This document shows positions 50,434-64,000 of a DNA stretch of 64,000 bases, piece after piece. The stretch is from Squalus acanthias (Eukaryota), in assembly GCA_030390025.1 (NCBI GenBank), contig JASTWF010000033.1:4280001-4344000 (forward strand). The letters are read 5' to 3'. Numbering within the stretch: position 1 is the stretch's first letter; the number at the start of each line of letters is the position of its first letter. Made by a program: the position numbers and the translations under genes. The notes below the pieces were generated by a model, which worked only from the letters and a program-made list of their open reading frames with translations, had not been told where the DNA came from and did not search any database.

Positions 50434-51849
50434 AATGACGATTATTTTGCAAGTCAATATTTCATTGCGATTTACTATTGCATTGGAAATAACGATTATG
50501 TTGTAAGTATTATTCCACTGCAAAGTGCTTTTGCATTGCAAAGCACTATTACATTGCTAAGTGATCTTCAATTGCAATGTTCTATTGCATCACAAATTAC
50601 TACTATGCTGTTAAATGATATTTCATTGCAATGTTCTGTTGCATTGCAAATGACTATTACATTGCAAAATGGAATTCCATTTCAATGTGCTTTTGCATTG
50701 CTAATAACTGCTACATTGCAAATTGATATTCCATTAGAATGCTCTATTGCATTGCAAATGACTATTATATTGCAGAGTGATATTCCATTGCAATGTTCTC
50801 TTACATTGCAACTGACGATTATATTGCAAGGATATTTCATTGCAATGTTCGATTGCATTGCAAATGACTATTATATGGCAAAGTGATTTTGCATTGCAAT
50901 GTTCTATTGCATTGCAAATGACGATCATATTGCTAAGTGAAATTCCATTGCAAAGTGCTTTAGCATTGCAAATAAATATTTTATTGCAAAGAGATATTCG
51001 ATTGCAATGTGCTATTGCATTGCAAATGACAATTATTTTGCAAGTCAATATTTCATTGCGATTCGCTATTGCATTGCAAATAACGATTATATTACAAGTG
51101 TTATTCCACTGCAATGTGCTTTTGCATTACAAGTGACTATTACATTATTAAGTGATGTTCTATTGCAATGTTCTATTGCATCACAAATGACTACTATGCT
51201 GTTAAGTGATATTTAATTTCAATGTTCAGTTGCATTGCAAATGACTTTTACATTGCAAATTGATATTCCATTAGAATAAGTTAGTGCTTTGCAAATGACT
51301 ATCAAATAGAAAAGTGATATTCCATTGCAATGTTCTATTGCATTGCAAATGACTATTATATTTTAAAGAAATATTCCTTTGCAATGTTTTATTGCATTGC
51401 AAAGGATGATTATAATGCAAAGCGATATTCCATTACAAAGTGCTATTGCATTGCAAATTACTATTGTATTGCTAAGTGATATACCATTGCAATATTATAT
51501 TGCATTACAAATAAGTATTATATTAAAATTTGATATTCCATTGCAGAGTTTTGTTGCATTGCAAATTATTATTATATTGCAAAGTGATATTCAATTGCAA
51601 TAAGCTATTGCATTGCAAATGACTATTACATTGCAAAGTGATATTCCATTAGAATAAGCTGCTGCATTGCAAATGACTTTCAAATAGCAACGTGATATTT
51701 CATTGCAATGTTCTGTTGCATTGCAAATGACTATTACATTGCAAAGTGATATTCCATTAGAATAAGCTGCTGCATTGCAAATGACTTTCAAATAGCAACG
51801 TGATATTCCATTGCAATGTTCTATTGCATTGCAAATGACTGTTATATTT
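50434..51849 (-). repeat. 54-bp satellite block (inverted)
   Basis: Reverse-complement units. Confidence 0.95.
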
Positions 51850-52409
51850 TGTTGCTGAAAAGTTAATTCACTCGAGCCTGTCTCAAAGCAAAAGATCACA
51901 GTTTATTATTCAAAGCGCCCTGGGAGAAGGATCATAGCCTGCAGTCTAATGACCAGCTTCTCAATTTAATAGTGGCAGCCAAGCTTCTTTTTACACTTCA
52001 CGAAGCCAGAAAATACAATCATCAGCACAGTTATTACATCATGAGCGACTCTTAGGGTCTCTAAAAACAACTTGATTAGAATCTTACAATGTTGGCGAAA
52101 CTCATCCACCACATCTGCTTTTGTCGAATAGTGGTCAGCCACTGCACTGCAAGGTTTCATTCTTACGCCTTTTCGAGGTTAGTTTATTCGAGAAAACAAT
52201 GATTCACGTTTTTGCTCTGCCGTGTCTGCATTGTCTATACCTCAGACTAAGCAAACTGGTCTTTATCTAATTATACCCCTGTCTCCATCGGCTTGTAGCC
52301 TTCGGGAGATACTTTGACGTTTAGTATAGTCCTTTAAGCAGTTCAACTAATCTTAAACATTACAACTGATTTGCACTTACATTATTACAATTAATTTTTT
52401 ACTCTTACA
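51850..52409 (-). mobile_element. Mirror copy of solo LTR 6357-6915
   Basis: Reverse complement with the same insertion site. Confidence 0.88.
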
Positions 52410-53639
52410 ATTGTAAAGAAATATTCCATTGCAATATTCTATTGCATAGCAAATAAGTATTATATTGCAATGTGATATTCCATTGCAATGTTTTATTGCA
52501 TTGCAAATGACGAATATGATGCAAAGCGATATTCCATTACAATGTGCTATTGCATTGCAAATTACTGTTATTTTTCTAAGTTATATTCCATTGCAATATT
52601 GTATTGCATTGGAAATGACTATTATATTGCAATGTGATATTCCATTGCAATATTCTATTGCATTGCAAATGAATATTACATTGCAGAGCGATATTCTATT
52701 TTAACGTGCTATTGCATTGCAAATGACGATTATATTTAAAGTTATGTTCCATTGCAATGTTCTATTGCATGGCAAATGACAATTATATTGCAAAGTCATA
52801 TTCAATTGCAACATGGTATTTCATTGAAAATGACGAATACATTGCAAAGTGATATTCCATTGCAATATGTTTTGTTTTGCAAACAACTATTACATTGCTA
52901 AGCGATATTCCATTGCAATATTCCATTGCTTTGTAAATTATTATTACAATGCAAACTGAAATTCAATTGCAATGGTCTCTTGCGTTGTAAATGACAATTC
53001 TATTGCAAAGTGATATTTCATTGCAATGTTCTATTGCTTTGGATATGACGATTCCATTGTAATGTCATATTCCATTGCAATTACAAATGATTACTGTATC
53101 CTTAATTGATATTCCATTGCAATGTGCTTTTGCATTGCAAATGCCTATGGAATTGCAAAGTGATATTCCATTGGAATCTTCTATTGCATGGCAAATGACT
53201 ATTCTATTGCAAAGTGATATTCCATTGCAATTTCCTATTGCATTACAAATGGCAATGATTTTGCAAGTCAATATTTCATTGCGATTTGCTATTGCATTTC
53301 AAATAAAGATTATATTGCAAAGTGATATTCCATTGCAATGTGCTTTTGCATTGCAAGCGACTATTATTTGCTAAATCAAATTCCACTGCAGTGTGCTTTG
53401 CATTGCTAAAGACTATTACATTGCAAAGTGATATGCAATTAGAAAGAGCTAATTCATTACAAATTACTATCATATTTGAAAGTGATATTCCATTGCAATG
53501 TTGTATTGTATTGCAAATGTCTATTATATTGCAAAGTGATATTCCATTGCAATACTCTATTGCATTGCAAATAAGAAATATATTGCAATGTGTTATTCCA
53601 TGGCAGTGTTCTATTGCATTGCAAATAAGTATTATATTG
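52410..53639 (-). repeat. 54-bp satellite block (inverted)
   Basis: Reverse-complement units. Confidence 0.95.
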
Positions 53640-55378
53640 AACAAGTACTTTGGATCGGTGTTTACTGTGGAGGACACAAACAACCTTCTGGAAATAAAAG
53701 AGATAAAAGGATCTGGTAAGAGGGAGGAGCTGAGGGAAATCCTTATCAGTCGGGAAAAGGTGTTGGGGAAATTGATGGGACTGAAGGCTGATAAATCCCC
53801 AGGGCCTGATGGTCTGCATCCCAGAGTACTTAAGGAGGTGGCCTTGGAAATAGTGGATGCATCGACGATCATTTTCCAACATTCCTTAGAATCTGGATCA
53901 CTTCCGAAGGAGTGGAGGGTGGCTAATGTAACCCCCCTTTTTTAAAAAAGGAGGGAGGGAGAAAGCAGGGAATTATAGACCGGTCAGCCTGACATCGGTG
54001 GTGGGTAAAATGATGGAATCAATTATTAAAGATGTCATAACAGACCATTTGGAAAGTGGCGACATGATAGGTCCAAGTCGGCATGGATTTGTGAAAGGGA
54101 AATCGTGCTTGACAAATCTTCTGGAATTTTTTGAGGATGTTTCCAATAGGGTGGACGGGGGGGAACCAGTAGATGTGGTATATTTGGACTTTCAGAAGGC
54201 CTTCGACAAGGTCCCACACAAGAGATTGGTGTGCAAACTTAAAGCACATGGGATTGGGGGTAATGTGTTGACGTGGATTGAGAACTGGTTGGCACACAGG
54301 AAACAAAGAGTAGGAGTGAATGGATACTTTTCAGAATGGCAGGCAGTGACCAGCGGGGTACCGCAGGGCTCGGTGCTGGGGCCCCAGCTGTTTACATTAT
54401 ATATTAATGATTTGGACGAAGGGATTAATTGTAATATCTCCAAATTTGCGGATGACACTAAATTGGGAGGCAGTGTGAACAATGAGGAGGATGCTAGGAG
54501 GCTACAGAGTGACTTGGACTGGTTGGGTGAATGGGCAAATGTATGGCAGATGAAGTACAATGTGGATAAATGTGAGGTTATCCACTTTGGTGGTAAAAAT
54601 AGGGAGGCAGACTATTACCTGAATGGTGGCAGATTAGGGAAAGGGGAGGTGCAACGAGACCTGGGCGTCATGGTACATCAGTCACTGAAGGTGGGAAGAC
54701 AAGTGCAGCAGGCAGTGAAGAAAGCAAATGGCATGATGGCCTTCATAGCAAGGGGATTTGAGTACAGGAGTAGGGAGGTGATGCTACAGTTGTACAGGGC
54801 CTTGGGGAGGCCACACCTGGAGTATTGTGTGCAGTTTTGGTCTCCTAACTTGAGGAAGGACATTCTTACTATTGAGGGAGTGCAACGAAGGTTCACTAGA
54901 TTGATTCCTGGGATGGCCAGACTGACATATCAAGAAAGACTGGATCAACTGAACTTGTATCCTTTGGAGTTCAGAAGAATGAGGGGGGATCTTATAGAGA
55001 CGTTTAAATTCCTGACTGGTTTAGACAAATTAGATGCGGGCAGAATGTTTCCAATGTTAGGGGGAACTAAAACCAGGGGTCTCAGTCTAAGGATAAAGGG
55101 GAAGCCATTTAAGACTGAGATGAGGAGGAACTTCTTCACCCAGAGAGTGGTGAATCTCTGGAATTCTCTACCACAGAAGGTTGTTGAGGCCAGTTCGCAA
55201 AATATATTCAAAAGGGAGTTAGATATAATACTCACAACTAGGGGGATCAAGGGGTATGGCGAGAAAGCAGGAATGGGGTACTGAGGTAGCATGTTCAGCC
55301 ATGACCGCATTGAATGGCGGTGCAGGCTCGAAGGACCGAATGGTCTACTCCTGCACCTATTTTCTATGTTTCTATGTC
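53640..55378 (+). mobile_element. Young 5'-truncated CR1 LINE, right arm only
   Basis: 428-aa open RT-to-C-terminus ORF (53998..55284); TSD tatattg (53633-53639 and 55379-55385); empty site near 5540-5555 in the left arm. Confidence 0.94.
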
Positions 55379-55440
55379 TATATTGCAATGTAACATTAAT
55401 GACTTGGATGAAGGTATCAAGTGTAATGTAGCCAAATTTC

Positions 55441-55749
55441 ACAGAATCACCACAGTGCAGATAGAGGTCATTTCGGCCCATCGAGCCTGAACCGACACAT
55501 ATCCCACCCTATCCCCGTAACCCCACGTATTTAATCCCGCTAACACTAAGGATCAATTTATCATAGCCAAATCAACCTAACCCGCACATCTTTGGACTGT
55601 GGGAGGAAACCAGAGCACCCGGTCGAAACCCACGCCGACACGGGGAGAATGTGCAAACTCCACACAGACAGTCACCCGGGGCCGCGATTCGAACCCGGTC
55701 CCTGGCGCTGTGAGGCAACAGTGCTAACCACGATGCCACCATGTTGCCC
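55441..55749 (-). mobile_element. tRNA-derived SINE of the HE1/V-SINE type, right arm only
   Basis: Minus-strand head gggcaacatggtggcatcgtggttagcactgttgcctcacagcgccagggaccgggttcgaatcgc (A and B boxes), core gtgtggagtttgcacattctccccgtgtc, and a CR1-like tail ggctcgatgggccgaa. Confidence 0.88.
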
Positions 55750-56061
55750 TATTGCAATGCAAATTCATGTGCTATTGCAATGCAAATTCATATTATATGG
55801 CAAAGCGACATTGAATTTCATTGTGCTGTTGCATTGCAAATGACAATTATATTTTAAATTGATATTCCATTGCAATAAGCAATTGCATTGCCAATTACGA
55901 TTTCAGTTTAGAGCGCTATTCCATTACAATGTGAAATTGCGTTGCGGATTAATTTTATATTCCAAATTTATATTCCATGGCAATTTGCTATTGCATGGCA
56001 AATGACGAATTTTTTTCAAAGTGATATTCCATTGCAATATGCTGTTGCATTGTAAATAACT
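55750..56061 (-). repeat. 54-bp satellite block (inverted)
   Basis: Mirror of about 4752-5120. Confidence 0.9.
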
Positions 56062-59000
56062 AACATAGAAACATAGAAAATAGGAGCAGGTGTAGGCCAT
56101 TCGGCTCCTCGAGCTGACTCCGCCATTTAATGAGGTCATGTCTGATCATCCAAATTCAGTACCCTGTCCCTGATTTCTCCATGTATTCCTTGATCCCTTT
56201 AGCCTTAAGAAATATATCTAACTCCTTTTGAATATATTTAATGAATTGACCTCAACTGCTTTCTGTGGTAGAGAATTCCACAGGTTCACCACTCTCTGGG
56301 TGAAGAAATTCCTCCTCATCTCTGTGCTAAACGGCTTAAATCTTATCTTTAGACTGTGATCCTTGGTTCTGGACTCCCCCGCCATCGGGAACATCCTTCC
56401 TGCATCTAGTATGTCTAGTCCTGTTAGAATTTCATAAGTTTCAATGAGATCCCCTCTCATTCTTCTAAATTCCATCGAATATAAGCCCAATGGATCCCAT
56501 CTCTCCTCATACGTCATTCATGCCATCCCAGGTATCAGTCTGGTGAATCTTCGCTGCACTCCTTCCATTGCAAGAACATCCTTCCTCAGATAAGGCGAAC
56601 AAAAGTATACATTATACTCAAGGTGTGGTCTCACCCACGCCCTCTACATCTGTTGCAACTCATCCTTGCTCCTGTACTCGAATCCTCTCGCTATGAAGGC
56701 CAAAATACCATTTGCCTTCTTAAACGCCTGCTGCACCTATATGCTTACCTTCAGCGACTGGTGCACAAGGACACCCAGGTCTCGTTGCACTTCCCGTTCT
56801 CCCAATCTATTGCCCTGCAGATAATAACATTCCTTCCTGTTTTTGCCACCAAAGTGGATAACCTCGCATTTATCCTCATTATACTGCATCTGCCATGCAT
56901 CTGCCCAATCGCCCAACCTGTCCAAATCTTACTGGAGTTTCTCGGCATCCTCTTCACAGCACACACACCCACCCAGCTTTGTTTCGTCTGCAAACTTTCA
57001 GATATGACATCTAGTTCTCTCGTCTAGATCATTAATATATATTGTGAATAGTTGGGTACACTGCGGTACCCCACGAGTCACTGCCTGCCACTCGGAAAAA
57101 AGACCCGTTTATTCCAACTCTTTGCTTCCTGTCTGCCAACCAGTTCTCTATCCAAGTCAGGACCTTAACCACAATCACATGGGCTTTAACTTTACAGGCT
57201 AATCTCTTATGCGGGACCTTATCGAAAGCCTTTTGAAAGTCCAAATACACCACATCCATGGTTCTCCCTTATCTATTCTACGAGTTACAGCCTCAAAAAA
57301 TTCCATTGGTTAGTCAAGCACGATTTAGCTTTTGTAAATCCATGTTGACTTTTTCTGATCCTGTCACTGTTTTCCAAGTGCTCTGCTATGACATCTTTTA
57401 TAATGGACTCGAGCATTTTCCCCACTACAGATGTCAGTCTTATAATTCCCCGTTTTGTCTCGACCATCTTTATTAAATAGTGGGATTACATTAGCTACCC
57501 ACGAATCCATGGGAACTGTTCCAGAGTCTAAATAATTTTGGAAGATGACCAGCATTGCAGCGACTATTTCGAGGGCCACTTCCTTAAGTAATTTAGGATG
57601 TAGATTATCAGGCCCTGGGGATTTATCGGCCTTTAATCCCGTCAATTTCCCTTAACACCATTTCCCTACAAACACTGATTTCATTCAGTTCCTCGCTCTC
57701 ATTAGACGGTATGTTCCACGAAATCTCTGGGAGGTTATTGGTGTCCTCCTTTGTGAAGACAGAACCAAAGTATGTATTTAATTGGTCAGCCATTTATTTG
57801 TTCCCCATTATAAATTCCACTGATTCTGACTGCAAGAGACCTACGCTTGACTTCACAAACCTTTTTCTCTTCACATATCTATAGAAGCTTTTACAGTCAG
57901 TTTTTATGTTCCCTGAAAGCTTACTCTCATTCTCTATATTCCTCCTCTTATTTAATCTTTTGGTCCTCCTTTGCTGAATCCTAAACTGCTCCCAATCCTC
58001 AGGTTTGCTGCTTTTTCACGCCAATGTATATGTCTTCTCCTTGGATCTTATGCTATGCCTAATTTACCTTGTTAGCCATGTTTGCGCCACATTTTTTGTT
58101 TTATTTTTATGCCAGACAGGGCTGAACAAATTCTGTAGTTCATCCATGCGAACTTTAAATGTTTGCCATTGCCTATTCACCGTGAACCCTATAAATAACG
58201 TTCCCCAGTCTACCCTAGCCAACTCCCACCTCACACCATCGTAGTTACCTTTATTTAAATTCAGGACCAAAGTCTCTGAGACAACTATTTCACTCTCCAT
58301 CTTAATGAAGAATTCTATCATATTATGATTGCTCCTCCCCAAGGGGCCGCGCACAATAAGATTGCTAATCAATCCTTTCACATTACATAATACCCAGTCT
58401 AAGATGGCCCGATCTCTCGTTGTTTCCTCGACATATTGGTCCAGCAAATCATCCCTTATATACCCTAGGAATTCCTCCTCCACAGTATTGTTACTAATTT
58501 GGTTGGCCCAATCTGCATGTAGATTAAAGTCACACATGATAACTGCTGTGCCCTTATTGCATGCATCTTTAATTTCCTGTTTAATGTCATCCCCAACACC
58601 AGCATTACTGTTTGAGGATCTGTATACAACTCCCACGAACGTTTTCTGCCCCTTGGTCTTTCTCAGCTCTACGCATACAGATTCCACATCATCAGAGCTA
58701 ATATTCTTCCTTACTATTGTGTTAATCTCCTCTTTAACCGGCAATGCTACCCCACTGTAAGGGTTTTTGTCTCTCAACCTGTGAGATTCGTGTGGCTCTG
58801 TGCTCAGCCTGGATGCTAGTGCGAGTTTAGGCCTTGTTGCCTGTTCTGGTCTCCAGCCAGTCTGGAAGCACTAGACACCTGTGAGTGGTTCGACCCACTC
58901 GCCCTTACGGTTCTAACACTGGACTTAGGTGCGAGAGCAGTAATGCAGAGAAAAACTCAAATAGACCCGGTTGAATAGTATGAAATGGAAATCTTTATTG

Positions 59001-62000
59001 CATATTATTCAAGATTACGAAATACATGTCATAAGCACAGATTAATGACAGTACAATCTTACACGCAGTTATGTAACTAATTTCAGGGAAACGAGGAACG
59101 AACGACACATCATAAATGGGGGCACACATTACAGTTATCCTTAAAACTTAAACCCTCCCCTATCAATACCTATTCTAAACTAGACTGGTAGGATCGAGAC
59201 TCATGCTCACCACTCGTGATAACTCGGAGAATTTTAAAGTAAGGCACTCGGCTCGTTTCGCTGCAGTTCTTTCTTGTATTTTCGGGCGCGGTCGGGGTTT
59301 ACTGACCGTGGCGGTACGTGGATTCTTCTCCTCTTCTTCTCGTCTCGTCTCGTAGTCAACAGAGTCCAGAGAAAAACAGAAGGCTGCTCGTCCAGCAGAG
59401 CGATACCCGAGGATCAGAATAGGAGAATAAAAGTTCAGCAGTCATCAGCGAGATCAATCAGTCAAGAGTCCAGCCCGAGTCAAGAGTCAGCAGAGATATG
59501 AGTCGAATCCAGAGAATAAGCCCTTGATGGACATTTGTTCACTATAGTTATAGTGCTGTGTTCCCTTATCTCCCGCTCAAATCTTAATGTTTGTCCTTTG
59601 TGAAATGCTGGTGCACAAAACTCCCAGCATGGGGCGATTCTTTCCTTTAATGGGTTTCGGTAGCACCTTAAACTGGCCAAGTAGCCGTTAATGTTTTCCC
59701 CATTGTCGAGCCGGCTAGGAGTCTCCCTGACTGGGTTTGGGGCCTTCTCGAATACTGATATGTGTATTGCTGTGTCTGGATGGGCCTTCGATTGCCCATT
59801 ACAATGGTCCTTACTTGTGCATGGAAAATGATTCCAGCACTTATATCTTTGCTATTGTGTCGAATGCAGACAGGTTGCATCCTGTCTTTATCAGTGTTTG
59901 CTGCGTATTAACCAATCTGATACTGAAATGTTTATTCGAACGCCATCTTGTCTGCCCACTGTATTCTGGAAGCTTCTGCCACGATGCTTGGCGGCCATTT
60001 TACAGGCTGCTTGTGTCCACTTTGAAAACCTGACAGCATTCTGCTGAAATAAAGCTGTTTGAACGAAACTATGTGTTTTCTCCTTATTTATAAAATTGCG
60101 ATATATTGCAAATTCTACAGTACCTCCTTTTTCTTTTCGCCTATCATTCCTGAATATTGAACACCCCTGGATGTTGAATTCCCAGCCTTGGTTACGCTGG
60201 AGCCATGTATCCGTAATCCCAATTATATCATATCCGTTTATATCTAATTGCGCAGCTAATTCATCCACCATATTACGAATTCTCCTCGTATTAACACACA
60301 AAGCCTTCAGGCTTGTTTTTTTTAACACTTTTTGTCCTTTTAGAATTATTATTTACTGTGGCCCTGTTTGATTTACACACTTCATTTCTTTGCCTTCCAC
60401 TTCTGCTTTTCGCCTTCCTGTCTTCTGCTTCTATCATTGCTTCCCTTTTCTCTGTCTCCCTGTGCAGGTTTAAATCAGCTGCCATTTTAGTTTAAACCCT
60501 TCCCAACAGCACCAGCAAACACTCTCCCGAGGACATCGGACCCAGTCCTGACCAGGTGCAAACCGTCCAGTTTGTACTGGTCCCACCTCCCCCAGAACCG
60601 GTTCCAATGTCCCAGGGATTTGAATCCCTCCCCCTTGCACCATTCCACTAGCCACTTATTCATCTGAAATATCCTTCTATTTCTTCTCTGACTAGCACGT
60701 GGCACTGGTAGCAATACTGAGATTACTACCTTTGAGGTCCTATATTTTAATTGACCTCCTAACTCCCTATATTCAGCTTTTAGGACCTCATCCCGTTTCT
60801 TACCTATATCGTTGATATCTATATTCACCACGACAGCTGGCTGTTCAGCATCCCCCTCCAGAATGCCCTGCAGCCGCTCCAAGACACCTTGTACCTTGCA
60901 CCAGGGAGGCAACTATCCATGCTGGAGTCTCGTTTGCGTCCGCAGAAACGCCTATCGATTACCCTTACAATAGAATCCTCAATCACAATAGCTCCCCTGG
61001 TCTGTTTCCTCCCGTCCTTTGCAGTACAACCATCCTTGGTGCCAGAAAGCTGGCTACTGCTGTCTTCCCCGGAAATAACGTCTCCCCCCACAATATCCAT
61101 GCGGTATAACTGTTTGAGAGGGGGATGACCACAGGGGACCCCTAACTACCTGCCGAGCCTAGTACTCTGCCTGGCGTTCACCAATTCTCTTCCTCCCTGT
61201 GCAGCATTTACTTGCGGTGTGACCAACCCGCTAAACGTGCTATCCACAATGTCCTCAGAATCGCCAATGCTCCAGAATGTATCCATTCGCAGCTCCAGCG
61301 CCGCTATGCGGTCTGCCAGTAGCTGCAGCTGGATACACTTCCCGCACACATGGTCGTCAGGGACACAGGAAGTGTCCCTGATTTCCCACATAGTGCAGGA
61401 CGAGCATGCCACGGGGCCGAGCTGTGCTGCCATGAATTACCCTTTAATTAATTCAAATTAAATTAAATCAAATCAATACCACTAATTACACAACAATTAA
61501 ATGATGTACTCAAGGGCCCTTTTTCACTCGCACTCCCCGCTACACAACAGAGACCCTAGAAACTTTAAACCACAAAATTTAAGTTTGGAAAAAAGGGACA
61601 AAGAGAGAAATACTCACCAACCAATCACTTACCTGCTTTCTGGTGACTTCACACTTCCATTACTATTTACTTCTCTCTCTCCCCGCTCCTTAAATCCTCG
61701 GACTCTGCGCTCAGTCTCCACACTGGGCCACTCTCGCTGCTGCCACCGGTGAGTCTCGGCCGCTCTCTCTCCCCCCCGTTCCTTAAATTCTGGTCTCCAC
61801 GCATGGCTTTTCTCGCTGCTGCCGCCGGCGAGTCTGGCCGCTCTCTCTCTCCCCACTCCTTAATTCCTCGGTCTCTGCGCTCAGTCTCCACCCAGGGCCG
61901 CTCTCGCTGCTGCCGCCGGTGAGACTGAGCCGCTCTCTCTCTCCCCGCTCCTTAATTCCTCGGTGTCTGTTCAAAGTCTCCACCCAGGACCGCTCTCGCT

Positions 62001-62017
62001 GCTGCCACCGGTGTGTC
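56062..62017 (-). mobile_element. Mirror copy of the full-length decayed CR1 at 242-4751, interrupted by an LTR
   Basis: Shares lesions with the left copy (TNQWNFLR frameshift, MTYEERWDPLG); ORF1 start retained at 61433; four 5' monomers at ~61665-62017. Confidence 0.93.
58756..60119 (-). mobile_element. Probable solo LTR (~1.36 kb) inserted in the CR1 endonuclease region, right arm only
   Basis: TGTA...TACA termini; minus-strand AATAAA (tttatt at 58994); splits the GGGVAL codons, which are uninterrupted at 2038-2055. The TSD is imperfect (ccac / gtac). Confidence 0.75.
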
Positions 62018-64000
62018 ATTTGCAATATAACTATTATGTTGCAAAGTGTTAGTCCATTGTAATTTTCGATTGCATTGCAAATGATAATTATATTGCTGTG
62101 ATATTCCATTGCAATGTTCTATTGCATTGCAAATGACTATTATATAGCAACGTGACATTCGATTGCAATATTCTATTGCATTGCAAATGATGATTATATT
62201 CCAAATTGATATTCTATTGCAATATGCTATCTCACGACCAATTATGATTCATTTTAAAGCGATATTCAATTACAATGTGATATTGCATTGTAACTGACTA
62301 TTATATTGCAAATTTATATTCCGTTGCAATTTGCTATTGCATTGCAAATGACAATTATATTGCAAAGTGATATTCCATTGCATTGTTCTGTTGCATTGCA
62401 AATGACGATTATATTGCAAAGCGACATTTCATTCCAATGTGCTATTGCATTATAAATAACTACTATGCTGTTAAGTGATATTACATTGTAATCTTCTAAT
62501 GCATTGCAAATGACTATTACTTTGCAAACTAAAATTCCATTGCAAAGTGCTATTGCAATGCAAATGCCTATTATATTGCATAGTGACACATAATTACAAT
62601 ATGCTATAGAATTTCAAATGACAATTATATTGCAGTGTGATATTCTATTGCAAAGTGCTATTGCATTGCAAATGACAGTTTATTGCCAAGTTGCATTGTT
62701 CTGTTGCCTTGGAAATGACTATTAGATTGGAAAGTGAAATTGCATTGCAATGTCCTATTGCCTTGGAATTGACTATAATATTACAAAGTTATATTCCATT
62801 GCAATGTGCTATTTCATTGCAAATGACTATTAAATTGCAAAGCGACATTGCATTACAATGTGCTATTGCATTGTAAATGACGATTGTAATGTAAAGCGAT
62901 ATTCCATTGCGATGTGCTATTACATTGCAAATGACGATTCTATTGCAAAGTGATATTCCATTGCAATATGCTATTGCATTGTAAATTGATGTTATATTGC
63001 AAAGTGATATCGCATTGCAATGTCCTAATGAATTGCAAATGACTATTACATTGAAAAGTGATATCACATTGCAATGTTCTCTTGCATTGCAAATTACTAT
63101 TATGTTGCTAAGTGATATTCCATTGCAATGTTCTATTGCCTTGAAATTGACTGTTATATTGCAAAGCGAAATTGCATTACAATGTGCTATTGCTTTGCAA
63201 ATAACGATTTTATTGCAAAGTAATATTCCATTGCAATGTTCTATTGCATTCAGAATGACAATCATTTTACAAAAGCGATATTCCATTGCAATGTGCTATT
63301 ACATTGCAAATGACTATTATATTGCAAAGTGATATCGCATTGCATTGTTCTATTGTCCTGGAAATGACTATTAAATTGCAAAGTGATATTGCATTGTAAT
63401 GTTCTATTGCATTGCAAATGACTATTATATTACAACGAGATATTCCATTGCATTTTGCTATTGCTTAGAAAATGACCACCATATTGCAAGGCGACATTGC
63501 ATTAGAATGTGCTATTGCATTGCAAATGACAATTATATTGCAAAGCGATATTCCATTGCAATGTTCTATTGCATTGCAAATGACGATTATATTGCAAAGG
63601 GATAACACATTGCAATGTTCTATTGCATTGCAAATGACAGTTATACTGCAAAGCGATATTCCATTGCAATGTGCTATTACATTGCAAATTAAAATTATAT
63701 TGCAAACTGAAATTGCATTGCAATGTTCTATTGCATTGCAAATGACGATCATATTGCAAAGCGATATTCTATTGCAATGTGCTATTGCATTGCAAATGAA
63801 TATTTTATTGCAAATTAATATGACATTGCAATGTTTTATTGCATTGCAAGTGATGATTTTATTGCAAAGTGATATTCCATTGCAATATACTATTGCAGTG
63901 CAACTGACAGTCATATTGCATAGTGATATTCCAGTGCAATATGCTATTGCGTTGCAAATGATAATTATATTGGAAATTGATATCGCATTGCAATGTTCTA
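62018..64000 (-). repeat. 54-bp satellite block (inverted), runs off the window
   Basis: Reverse-complement units. Confidence 0.95.

Larger units (their letters stand above)
1..62257. repeat. Giant imperfect inverted repeat: left arm ~1-26400, right arm ~36310-62257, spacer ~26400-36310
   Basis: The same elements appear in mirror order and opposite strand: CR1 242-4751 / 56062-62017; LTR 6357-6915 / 51850-52409; CR1 8170-9910 / 48691-50433; LTR 11311-12206 / 46644-47539; LTR+leader 14719-15571 / 42600-43918; tRNA arrays on + then on -. Mirror ORF pairs include 13218..13688+ / 45162..45632-. Base 1 maps to about 62257. Confidence 0.95.

Noticed and set aside
53322..53945. 207-aa satellite-CR1 fusion ORF
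   Set aside because: Chance in-frame junction of an open satellite frame with a 5'-truncated CR1; it ends at a homopolymer frameshift.
59274..60033. Short ORFs inside the 1.36-kb insert
   Set aside because: No recognisable motifs; the insert has LTR-like termini and a polyA signal, consistent with non-coding sequence.

Overview
This is repeat-only vertebrate DNA with no host protein-coding gene. The source is most likely a cartilaginous fish, inferred from the HER1-like CR1 LINEs and an HE1/V-SINE. Nearly the whole window is one giant imperfect palindrome: left arm about 1-26,400, right arm about 36,310-62,257, around a spacer of about 10 kb. Reading inward, each arm has a 54-bp (3 x 18-bp) satellite carrying a full-length CR1, a solo LTR, a truncated CR1, a second solo LTR and a 5' LTR with a tRNA-Arg-like primer binding site. 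Each arm ends in a tandem array of ~1.77-kb units, each holding one damaged tRNA-Lys(UUU) copy in decayed CR1 sequence (6 copies left, 4 right, converging on the centre). The spacer holds the 3' half of an endogenous retrovirus (integrase, a 75-aa membrane-type ORF with its own splice acceptor, gamma-type env, PPT, 3' LTR). That provirus is interrupted by a near-intact young CR1 with an 83-bp 5' monomer array. Penelope-type pieces with hammerhead-ribozyme cores lie in and beside the spacer. All calls were made by eye; no database search was run.
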